From assembly GCF_004010195.1 (NCBI RefSeq), contig NC_057731.1, positions 43,678,623 to 43,742,622 on the forward strand: a DNA stretch of 64,000 bases, in the 5' to 3' direction. Every line of letters begins with the position of its first letter. The stretch's first letter is position 1. The notes below the pieces were generated by a model. It did not search any database and was not told the DNA's origin. It saw only the letters and a list, made by a program, of their open reading frames with translations. A program made the position numbers and the translations under genes. The DNA comes from Chiloscyllium plagiosum. Lineage: Eukaryota. Of this stretch, positions 34,401 to 45,237 are shown piece after piece.

Positions 34401-35470
34401 GGTCTATGAGTTCTCTTACTCAGTTTTGATTTAATGACACTCTTTTGCTGTCTCGAGTCCGCATACCGGCAGCAACTACAATGGCTTGCTGGCCCAGATC
34501 CTGAAGAAAGTTTTAATGGTTTGGCTGAAGCTTGGCTTTATTTAGGGTTTTGCTGTGTCCCTCTGTTCAGGATATGTCCTGAGCGAGGCTATGCAATTGC
34601 CTTCATTCATGTGGTGTTCCCCAAGCTCAGTCGGATTGGCCAGGGTGTTCACTTCCATCGGAATATCCTGCAAGACATATGCTCCACTTGCTGCATTTTC
34701 CAGATAAAGCCAGTTGTAGTGCCTGTTTGAAGTCCAGTTAGGCTTCAGCTAGTCGGCATTTTTGCGTGGTTACATCATTAACTCCACGTACCGAATGGTC
34801 TCTCAGCATCGCATTATGGTTAAACTAAAGTCACATGCATCTGCCTGGGTCTTAACCTAATCACAATAACCTGGTTCTCGAAATGTTGAATAAAACCAAT
34901 AGTATCCCAGAATTAGAAGAAGCTTGGGGTCATAATATTTCTTAACTAAATCCTTCAACTCTTGAAAACTTTTAAAATCTGGTCCACTCAGGGATAGTCA
35001 GACTTCTAATAACTGAAAAAGCTGTGGGTCCACAAGCTGTCAGGAGAGTTACTCGTTGTTTTTCATCTGCCCCAATGTCATTTGCCCAGAAACAAAAGCA
35101 TTCTTTCCACATACTGGGTCTTCAAAGGCAGGAGTGAACGAGTTAAGCGTCCCAAACAATGGCATGATGCCAGAATGCTCACCCCAACTCAAAGACCACT
35201 GTTGCGAATGAATTCCTTCATTTTCTCTCATCGCCACTGAAGTAACTCCACAGAGGCTGGTATCCCGTCACCAAGTCACTCTTTATTTACACATGAGGAG
35301 ACCTTGACACTGACCCAACTTCCTCAGAGCCAGCTCTCAGAGGAAACAGGATGTCCGACACTCCAGTTTATTTTTATGTCACCCTTTATTTACACATGGA
35401 GGGTCTTTGACGTCGATTCAGCTCCCACAGAGCCTCCTCTCAGAGTGGAAGGGATGTCTGAAACTCCTAG

Positions 35471-36227
35471 TTTTTTTAATGTTTACTTTTTTTTCCTTTT
35501 TTTTAAAACCCCCACACTACCGCCGAACCGCAGTAGTGCTTATCCTTTTCCCACAGCAGCCATGGTGTGTGTGTGCAGGTGTGAGACACAGTGAAAGACA
35601 CAAGGTGCACGAATCTTTATTCAAATTTCCACCACCAGGAAGAAGGAAACACCCGAGTGGCCAGTGACAAGCAGTGCCCTTCACAAAAGGCAATGCTGTG
35701 TGATCAAACAGTGAAGGGGAGGGCAGGGACAAAATCAAAATAGAGTTGGAGGGGGAAATAATGGACTCCACTCCCTGCAGAGCCCACCTCTCCCTGAACA
35801 ACTCCAGGGTGTTGGTGGACACCGCTTGCTCCTTCTCCAAGGACACCCGGGCTCTAACGTAACCGCGGAAGAGGGGCAGGCAGTCAGCCCTAACGATGCC
35901 CTCCACGGCCCACTCCCTGGACCTGTTTATGGCCAGTTTGGCCAGGCCCAGGAGCAGACCCACAAGGAGGTCTTCAGACCTCCCTTCCTTCCTCCGTACT
36001 GGGTGCCCGAAGATCAGGAGTGTGGGACTGAAGTGCAACCAAAAGCAGAGGAGGAGGTTTTTCAGAAAGTCAAAAAGAGAGTGCAAACGCCCACACCCAA
36101 TATACACGTGGTCCACAGACTCTACAACGCCACAGAACAAGCATTTGGGCTGGGGGTCCGTGAACCACCGCAATCTGCAGTTGCAGGGGACTGCTGCGTG
36201 CAGCACCCTCCACCCCAGATCCCCAAT
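35471..36227 (-). mobile_element. Tx1-clade 3' fragment (copy B) in the 5' LTR
   Basis: Open ORF with GDLGWRVLH and a CCHC knuckle CLFCGVVESVDHVYIGC; poly-A tail. Confidence 0.85.
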
Positions 36228-36294
36228 ATTCCTGTTTAATTTTTTTTTCTTCACTCCAGTTTATCTTTTCTTTTTCTTTTCAAGGCTCCTGTAT

Positions 36295-37049
36295 ATTTTT
36301 TCTTTTTTTTTTCTTTTTTTAATATATTAACCCCCACACTACCACCTAAGTGCGGTAGTGCTTATTTTTCCCCAGCACCCATGGTGTGTGTGTGTAGGTG
36401 TAGACACAGTGAGAGACACAAGGTGCACAAATCTTTATTCAATTTCCACCACCAGGAAGATAGGAAAACACCCGGGTGGCCAGTGACAAACACTGCCCTT
36501 CACATCAAAGGGCAGTGCTGTGTGATCAAAACAGTGAAGGGGAGGGCAGGGACTAAATCCAATAGAGTTGGAGGGAGAAATGATGCACTCCACTCCCTGT
36601 GGCGCCCACCTCTCCCTGAACAACTCCAGGGTGTTGGTGGACACCGCGTGCTCCTTCTCCAAGGGCACCCGGGCTCTAACGTAACCGCGGAAGAGGGGCA
36701 GGCAGTCGGCCCTAACGACCCTCTCCACGGCCCGCTGCCTGGACCTGTTGATGGCCAGTTTAGCCAGGCCCTGGAGCAGACCCACGAGGAGGTCTTCAGA
36801 CCTGCCCTCCCTCCTCCGTACCGGGTGCCTGAAGATCAGGAGCGTGGGACTGAAGTGCAACCAAAAGCAGAGGAGGAGGTTTTTCAGAAAATCAAAAAGG
36901 GAGTGCAAACGCCCACACCCAATATACACGTGGTCCACAGACTCCACAGTGCCACAGAACAAGCAGTTGGGCTGCGAGTCCGTGAACCACCGCAATCTGC
37001 GGTTGCAGGGGACCGCTGCATGCAGCACCCTCCACCCCAGATCCCCAAT
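36295..37049 (-). mobile_element. Tx1-clade 3' fragment (copy C), in tandem with copy B
   Basis: Same ORF (CLFCGTVESVDHVYIGC), hairpin CACTACC...GGTAGTG, poly-A tail. Confidence 0.85.
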
Positions 37050-37189
37050 ATTCCTGTTTAATTTTATTTTCTTCACTCCAGTTTATTTCTGTCAGCCAGG
37101 TCTCTCAGACTGGACCAGATTAACAGCCCCAGTCGGGTCTCACTATAGTGAGACCTGAAGTTTTTTATTTAATCAGGGCATATAGGCAA

Positions 37190-38680
37190 TGTTGGATGAG
37201 CCGGTGATTATTGCCCATCCCTTATTACCCTCGCGAGGGTAGTGGTGAGTCACCTTCTTGAACTGCTGCAGTCCATGTGCTGTAGGTACACGCACAATGA
37301 TGTTAAGTGGGGAGTTCTAGGATTTTCTAGGATAGTGAAGGAATGGCGAGATATTTCCAAGTTAGGATAGTGAGTGGATTGAACAGGAACTTTTGGTGGT
37401 GTTCCTTGATTCCTGATGCTCTTATGCCTACCTGATGGTAGTCTTCATGTGTTTGGAAGGTGCTCTCACTGGAGGCTTGGTGAATCTTCGCAGTGCATCT
37501 TGTCGATGGTACACACTGCTGCCACTCTGCATTGGTGGGGGAGGATGTCAATGTTCAAGGTGATAGATGGTTCAAAGAATGCGAGTCGACGGGCCTCTTT
37601 GTCCTGGATAGTATCAAATTTCTTGAGTGTTGTTGGAGCTGTACCCATCCAGCCAAGTCAGACTATCCTATCACATTCCTGATTTGTGGATTGGGGATTC
37701 AGGAGGTGAGTTACTCACTGCAGGATTCCTAGCCTCCGAACTGCTCTTGTAGCCACTATATTTGGTCCATTGCAGTTTCTGGTCAATTATAACACCTAGG
37801 ATGGTGATAGTGGGGGATTCAGCGATGGTAATGCCATTGAATGTCAGGGGCCAATGGTTAGATTCTCTCTTGTTGCAGATGCCATTGCCATCTTCTCTAG
37901 CAGAATATTATTTGCCACGTGTCAGCCCAAAGCCTGGATTTTGTCCAGGTCTTGCTGCATATGGAAACAGACTGCTTCAGTATCTGCGGAGTGACCAATG
38001 TTGCTGCACATTGTGCAATCATCAGTGGACATTCCCATTTTTGACCCTGGGGCCTTTATTCTGAGGCATGGGATCGCTGTGGGGGCTGTTTCAGGAGATC
38101 CATTAGAATGACCTTATGATGGAGGGAAGGTCATTGATGAAACGCCTGAAGATTGGGCCGAGGACACCACCCTGAGGAACTCCTGCAGTGATGTCCTGGA
38201 GCTGCGATGACTCACTTCCAACAACAACCATCTTGCTATGTGCCAGGTATGACTTCAACCAGTGGAGAGCTTGCCCCCTGATACCCATTAATTCCAGTTT
38301 TGCTCGGGCTTCTTGATGCCAAACTTGGTTGAATGTAGTCTTGTTGTCAAGGACTCTCTCACCTGACCTCTTGAATTCGACTCTTTTGTCCATGTTTGAA
38401 CCAGGGCTGTAATGAGCTCAGGTGCTGAGTGGCCATGGTGGAACTGAGTTTCAGAGAGCAGGTTATTCCCATTCCTCAGACTGCTGATGATCCCTTCCTT
38501 CACTTTACTGAAGATCAAGAGCATTTGGGATTGATGGGACAGTAATTGGTCAGGTTGGATTGTCCTGCCTTTAGGTCAACATCAGTGTTATAGCTGTACT
38601 GGAACAGCTTGGCTAGGGTGCAGCTAGTTCTGGGACACAGAACTGGAATGTTGTTAGGGCTTAGAGGCTTTGCAGTACCC
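37190..38680 (-). mobile_element. Decayed LINE with a reverse transcriptase remnant
   Basis: ORF 38103-38393 reads VWHQ...GIRGQALHWLKSYL...AGVPQGGVLGPIF..FINDL. Confidence 0.85.
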
Positions 38681-38949
38681 CATGTGGAGAAAGCTTCTAT
38701 GGATGAAGATGCTGTTTTAACCTAAACATGTGGGAATGAGACAGTCCCTCAATCTCCTTCATATAGACCCATGGTTGTGCCTATTGTCAAATGGGAAAAA
38801 GTTTGGAAAGTGCTGAGAAGGAGGTCATTCAGCTCATGAAGCCTAGGCTGGCCGTCTGAAGAAGAACTCAGCCGGTCCCACTCCCCAAACATGTGCACTG
38901 TAACCCTGAAAATTACTTCTCTTTCAGTGCTTACGCAATTCCCGTTTGA

Positions 38950-39505
38950 AAGCCGCAATTGAATATTCCTCCTACAATGCCTTCCAGATCCTAACCACTG
39001 TATTTTAAAATATGCATCGTCATTTTCAAATGCCTCTCTAGCTCTGTAATCCCCTCCAGCCCCATGCTCTAGCCTCTGGAACACGCTGCCACTTATCATA
39101 AGGCTGGTGCCTGGGTCTTCAGTTGCCAGATCACCAAGATCCAGAACTCCCTTCTCAAAGCTCTGCATCTCTCGCTACCACAATTTTCTTTTCAAACACT
39201 CTTTAAAGCCTTTCTCTTTGATCAAGCTCTTAGAACATAGAATATAGAACAATACAGTGCAGAACAGGCCCTTCGGCCCTCGATGTTGCACCGACCTGTG
39301 AACTATTCTCAGCTCGTCCCCCTGCACTATCCCAAAAATCATCCATGTGCTTATCTAAGGATTGTTTAAATCTCCCTAATGTGGCTGAGTTACCTTACCT
39401 ATTACCGCTTACTAATCTGTGTTACAAACTCCTTGATAACCTTTCTCTGAAGCACTTTGAGGTGTTTTAGTGTGTTAAAGTTGCTAGATGAATGCCAGTT
39501 GTTGT
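38950..39505 (+). mobile_element. L2-like 3' fragment interrupted by an antisense CR1 tail (about 39231-39390)
   Basis: L2-type 3' end (GAAGCACTTTGAG...AAAGTTGCTAGATGAATGCCAGTTGTTG). Confidence 0.45.
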
Positions 39506-40919
39506 TATGTTAATAGTGACTTTATCCGTTAGTGCAGCAACATTGCCTCATTATAAAACAGACAATCCTCCTTTAATACAGTGGACTCATTTACAGTAAA
39601 GTGGACACGTCATTGTAAAAATTGGATTATTTAACAGAAATATTGACGATATTGTAACGTATGGGTTTGTCATATAATTACGAATGAAACCAAGTGAGCA
39701 GGAGAATTGAAATGTGTAGTATCTGGTTATATTTCAGAATGAAACTCGTTGCAATTGATTTTTAATGTATTGTAAGCAGCTAAAATAAGTCTAATATTTA
39801 TGATTGAATATCATGCAATGCTGAAAAAGAACATCAAGATTTGAGTTAAACCTGGGATTCCAATATAACTTTAAGCAATCACTCATATCATTTTCTAGAA
39901 AGGCAACTCATGTCAGAGAATATTGTATTTTTTTCAGTGAAATGTATTTTACGTAAAACTTTCCATTAGATTTTTACAAATAAATTCAAACATCCAGTTG
40001 AAATAGGAGACAGTAATTCTGTTGGCATTTGCTCCTCATGAACAATCACTTGTACCATTGGAATCATGGACATTAAATGACAAATTCCAAGAAAACAATT
40101 AATAACATCCCAAATTTGTTTAACAACAGTATGTTTGTTGTCTTGGACTGTGTTACTGACAGTCTGAGGGTACAACATGAGTGTGTCTCGCAGTGTGTGT
40201 GTGTGTGCGTGCACACGCACGCGCCACTATGACTAACAGTGTGAATTGTAAAGCTTTTTTAAAGATTTTCTATTTCTTTACCATTATGTACATGTCACTG
40301 GCTAATCTGACATTTCCCAAACTGCCCAGGTAAAGGTGCTGGTGGGTTGCTTCATAATATCTGACCTGGAAAACTACACAGTTATTTTTATTTTTATGTG
40401 AGTGTTGTTATATTCCCTCCACTGTCTGAAAGCTGCAATTGGCTATTTACAATTGGATCAATTTGAGATGTGGCTGAGCAACCATAACGACATACTTTGC
40501 CACGTATTGCAATACTGCTCCCCAGTTTGACAGTATCTGGTTTGAAAGACCTGAGGAATCAATATTGAATTTCAAAGCAAGCAGGTAAAAAGCCTTCTTT
40601 GCTGCTTTTAAGTTTGACAGTGTCTTCTCAATCCTTTCAAACGTGTTCTCTAACCAAGTGCACCCTCCCCCACATTTTATACACCAGAATAACAAGAGAC
40701 AGACAGAACGAGAGAGACCAACTTGACTGGCTGTGCTGGCAGATACAATGTGGATAATGATGTTGTCAGATAGCATTGCACTATTGATTCCCAGCTAGCT
40801 TCTCCATCCAGCAAAGACATCCAGGGCGACATCCTAGGAATCTGAGAGCCATTCAAACGGTCCCAAGAATAGATTATTTTATTTTTGAAGCCTGATGTAG
40901 ACCATTCAGCCAATTCAAA

Positions 40920-41240
40920 CCATCCCCATATCCAACCTCACCTTCTCCCCACATCCCTCAATTCCACCTTTCCCCTTCTCTCCACATTCCTCAATCCCAT
41001 CAACCCCCTTCTCCCATTGTCCTTCTAATCCCACCATCTCCCTCCTCCCCACATCCCTCAAACCCATCATCCCCTTTTCCCCATGTCCCTCAATCTCATT
41101 ATCCCCACATCCCACAATCCCACCATTCCCCTTCTCCCCATGTCTCTCAAACACATCGTTCCCATTCTGCCACCATCCACCTCCTCCCCATGTCTCTTCC
41201 TCCCACCATCCCTTTCTCCCCACATTCCTTGATGCCTTGT
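40920..41240. repeat. C-rich degenerate ~30-bp tandem repeat
   Basis: CCCCACATCCCTCAATCCCACCATTCCCCTTCTC-like units. Confidence 0.65.
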
Positions 41241-41856
41241 CTCTCCTCAATTGTTTCTTCATCCCATTTATCTTGATGGGATTTGCTGTCCTTCTCTGAG
41301 AATTATTTTGCATTAAGACAGTTGTCTGGCTGATGCCTTCCCCTGTATTTCCTGCTGAGTGATCTTTAACCCTGGCTCAGGGGAAATCAGCCTTTCATCT
41401 CAAAGAGCACATTGCCTCCATTTGTCAATTCTAATTTCCTTATAAACTATAAAAAAATCATCATGAAGTTTCTCCTTTCTAAGAAAATGAGAAATTACTT
41501 TTTTAATGTTTCTTGAGACAGTTAATTCCTCATCCCTGAAATCTATTTTCTGGCAAGTTTGAAATAATTTGAACAAACCTTTTTGACAATGATGATACTT
41601 GCAAGAGTTGAACATGAATGAGAAAATTAGCAAATATCAATTTAGCAAGGAATCAATTTAAAAAAAAGTATCCTAGAATGTCAGAAATATTTGGGATTAT
41701 GGCAGTGAGACAAATGTGGTGTGATTGGCAATCAGATTTTTGACAGGAAGGTGGTTATGTTGAGATTTCAGTGACTCTGAGGAACTATCACTACAGTTGA
41801 CGCCAGTTAGAACTCAACAAGAAAAGACAACACACACACAAAAACCAAATTTCTGC

Positions 41857-41862
41857 TTTATT
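41857..41862 (-). terminator. Candidate TLX1 polyadenylation signal AATAAA
   Basis: On -: TGTAAATAAAGCAG...TTTGGTTTTTGTGTGTGTGTTGTC, an AATAAA followed by a GU-rich downstream element. Confidence 0.5.
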
Positions 41863-42599
41863 TACATTGTGTAAACATTGATGGAAAAACAGGTAAAAAT
41901 CTCACAGACTGGAAGAAAAAAATACCAACTTTACAAAACTTAAAAGGTTCTGTGATGAGGGGAGAAGCGCTGGTTGTAACTGTGTCAAGTGCTATCTGTG
42001 GAACTAACAGTTACATGGATTATTAAGAATATGGGACATGGGTCTGAGACTTTTCCACTCATGAACAGATTGTGAACTGTGTAGAACATTTAAAACCAAG
42101 TTCATGTGAATCTCTAGACCTCTTAGGTGCTGTCACTAACAAATCTCTTGTTTCAGTTGAAGAGTAATATTCATCAAAGTGGCACCAAGAATAATCTTCT
42201 CCAAATCAGCATAGCCAGGAAAATTCAAACAATCCAGAAAGTATCACCTAAAGCAATAAATGGGATTGAGTTGAAGGCTCATCCAGGGGTTGATTGGCCA
42301 GACTATGGAGTTTGGACACCCTAAACAATGCAAACCAAAGCTGCTCTAACAAATTTAACACAAAATAAAATTCCTGGTGGATGATGGAACTGACTTTGAA
42401 TCAGGTAGAGATAAAAACAGACAGCACTGAAAATCACACCTTGGGATGTTTCGCTATGATAATGCTGCCATCTACATGCAAGTTGCTGTTGAAATACAGT
42501 GTAGATCCAACTGCAACTGACAGTGAGAGAAACATCAAGTTAATGTCCCATTTAAGGTAATGTCAGCTGTTTCCGTGTACTCTCACTCTAAATCTCAGT

Positions 42600-42808
42600 G
42601 TGAAGAACAGAGGATTTCTCCCTGAAGTTGTGGTCAACATTTATCACTGAAACAACATGACAGAATAGCAGTTTAACTGGTTATTATCATATCGCTGTTT
42701 ATGGGAGTTTGCTGTGCAAAGGTCGACTGATGTGTTTTCTGCATTACAATGAGAAATTTTAGGATGTCCTGAGATTGTGAAAGGTGCTATACAAATGCAA
42801 GATCTTGT
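42600..42808 (+). mobile_element. DeuSINE (SacSINE/AmnSINE-like) 3' fragment
   Basis: CTGGTTATTATCATATCGCTGTTTATGGGAGTTTGCTGTGC...AAAGGTGCTATACAAATGCAAG resembles the Deu domain and tail; recognised from memory, not aligned. Confidence 0.5.
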
Positions 42809-44099
42809 TTTCATTCACACACTGACTGACCCTCTGTGCATTTTTACCACTTTCTGTCTTCATTTCAGATTTCAAGGACTTGGCCCTTTTCATGAATGTA
42901 CTTTGCTGTTTAAATGGGGACTCTTTGACCATGAGCCCCTCTCCTCTCAGAGGCTGAGATTTGTACATAGAAAAATAAATCAGAGACTCTCCAAATACAG
43001 GACTTAGTGCTGCAGAACTTTTCTTCCCCTCATTCTTTTTAGACATAATTTACACAAGATTTGTAGAAAGTTGATTACAGAAAATATTGATCATAAGTGC
43101 ATAACTTATTTTGAAAGCTAGGTCCATTGTTAAGGAATAGCCTATGTGCTGGAATCATTCTGACTGTCAAATGCTTATCCAGCAAAGATTCCTGGCCGAA
43201 ATTGTAAATGTTAACACTGACCTTCAGAAAACAAAATACTTTGATCACTAATTTTACCATTACTTTATATATTTATATATTTATATATATATCTATATAG
43301 AGACGACAGGGAGCTGTCTTTCACATGTCTTTTAAAGTGGACTCACTATATCTCTTACAGGGCAATAATTCTCATCCCTTAAAGACTAAACATTGATTTG
43401 ATTTAAAACAAACTCATGATGACTGACGCTGTGCACTAACTCACCAGTGTGAGAATGGGGCAAACGTTCCCAAATTGAAAGGAGGAGTTTAAAATTGAGA
43501 ATTGCCCTCCACAGTGACCTGTTCTGAAACTCTATCTCAAACAACTCCGTGACTCCATCATTCCATGTGAACCCATTTGCTCACTGCACATTCATTACAT
43601 CTGGAACGGTTACCCCATGTTTTACTGGTGGCATGTTGTTATAATGCACAGCAGCGGGCTGATAACATCACTGCATCAGTTAGTGAAAGGGACCACAGTT
43701 TAAATCCCACGGCGGCAATCTGAATTAACACTTCTTTTTGTTGTAAAAAGTAATTGAATTTGGAAATACGAGGCCGGCCTCAAAGTTGTGAAGCTGTTGG
43801 ATTGTCATAAAAAGCCAACTGGTTTACTAATTCTACCTGGTCCCCTGCCCGGTGAGGTTAATGACCTGTACACAGTTCAGCGTGGCCTTTGAAATGACCA
43901 GTAGCAATTCTTATTCCCCGAGTTCCTCACAGCTCCTCTCCAACTGACTTACACAAAGCTGGATATCCAGGCTGGAACTGAGGCTGCTTAGGGTGGGGAT
44001 TTGGGGTGAGGGGTGAAGGTTTACAACTGAGACAGAGGATGATCATTGGGCGCAGGTATCTCTCATGTCAGTTCATTGTCCAAACATTGATCCTACATA

Positions 44100-44645
44100 C
44101 ATGTGTCTGTGTCTATAGGTGTATGTCCACATCTGTCCCCCTGACTGTCTCTGTCTATGTTTCATTCTGTGTCTCTGTTGGTATCTATCCCTCTGTCTCT
44201 GCCCATTTCCCTGTCCATGTCATAGAGTCATAGATATCCTAAATTAATCTAGTGCCATTTGCCAGCACTTGGCCCATAGCCCTCTAAACCCTTCCTATTC
44301 ATATACTCACACAGATGCTTTTTAAATGTTGTAATTGTACCAGCCTCCACCACTTTTTGTCAGTATCTGTGTTTCTCTCTTTGTCCATGTCTGTGTCTCT
44401 ATCGACATCTGTCCCCCGACTGTCTCTGTCTCTATAGGTATCTGTCCCCCTGACTGTCTCTGTCTCTATAGGCATCTGTCCCTCTGTTTCTGTCTCTATA
44501 GGTATCTATTCCCCCTAACTGTCTCTGTGTCTATACAGTATAGGCATCTGTCCCTCTATTTCTGTTTATGTCTATTTTGTATCTCTATAAGTATCCGTCC
44601 CCCTGACTGACTTTATCTGAGTCTCTGTCGGTACCCGTCCCTCTG
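44100..44645. repeat. TGTCTC/TATAGG-rich simple repeat with a short CR1 tail
   Basis: Visible low-complexity periodicity. Confidence 0.65.
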
Positions 44646-45014
44646 TTGGAATATGAGCTGTTGTTTGATGTCTCTGTAGGTGTCTATGTGTTGCTGAGCT
44701 GGCCTGCTTTAGAAGCACTCACTTCCTTTGCAGCTTGGCCTGATGGCAGGAGAGAGGTGGAATTCACGAGCTGCCGAGTTGGCTTTTTAATCTGCCCCGG
44801 CAGGAATGGGGATCCCAATCCAGTGTCCCGGGAGGGAGCGAAGAGAGAGGCTGGGGAGCAGGAATCTGGGCTCTTCCGGGACCTGCAACCAGTCCAGTTT
44901 GACCAGAGAGTTACTGCCTTCCAGCGCCGGGTCTGTGCCACTGCAAGGACAACAACATGAATCCGGAGGCCTCTGTCTTTGTAAAAACCCCAGTTACATG
45001 ATTGAATCTATTTG

Positions 45015-45237
45015 TTACTCGCAGGCAGAGGCCACGGAAGTAACCGAGGCAATCTTAGACGTCTCATCCGACCAGGGCTGCAGGTTCTGCAGGGCGTACA
45101 GCGAGGAGTTGTGCAGGCAGATGGGGTCAGGCTGAATGGGCTGGTTCAGGGATTTTTGGAAAGCTTCTTGCTGCAGTTGCATCAGGATTCGGTTCGCTTG
45201 CTGGCGCTCCGCTTCTCTCTCCTCTGCTGTCTGTCGC
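45015..45237 (-). CDS. TLX1: TLX1 exon 3 ([30 protein letters not shown]...[10 protein letters not shown])
   Basis: aag| acceptor; TAA at 45017-45015. Confidence 0.95.

Larger units (their letters stand above)
30099..37155 (-). mobile_element. Decayed Gypsy (Ty3) LTR retrotransposon with nested insertions
   Basis: 3' LTR 30099-30849 (TG...CA) with an adjacent polypurine tract at 30850-30861; 5' LTR from 35238 with PBS TGGCGATGAG at 35236-35227. Remnants: gag start (MPLFGTLNSF), RT (WAAPVTPIVKPDGSV; IYLNDVLITG) and integrase zinc-binding region (LHQGHPG...WPGLDADV...CPECQ). Frameshifted. Confidence 0.85.

Noticed and set aside
35517-37076. 245-aa and 213-aa ORFs as host zinc-finger genes
   Set aside because: They are 5'-truncated LINE ORF2 C-termini with poly-A tails; the apparent starts come from flanking T-tracts.
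37074-37095. Resemblance of the Tx1 target region (CAGTTTATTTCTG) to U2 snRNA (CAGTTTAATATCTG), the Keno target gene
   Set aside because: The match is short, has no other U2 sequence nearby, and does not fit the Keno insertion orientation as I recall it.
37136-37155. T7-promoter-like CTCACTATAG and BsaI sites suggesting vector contamination
   Set aside because: The upstream TAATACGA is absent, there is no other vector sequence, and the segment continues from LTR sequence.
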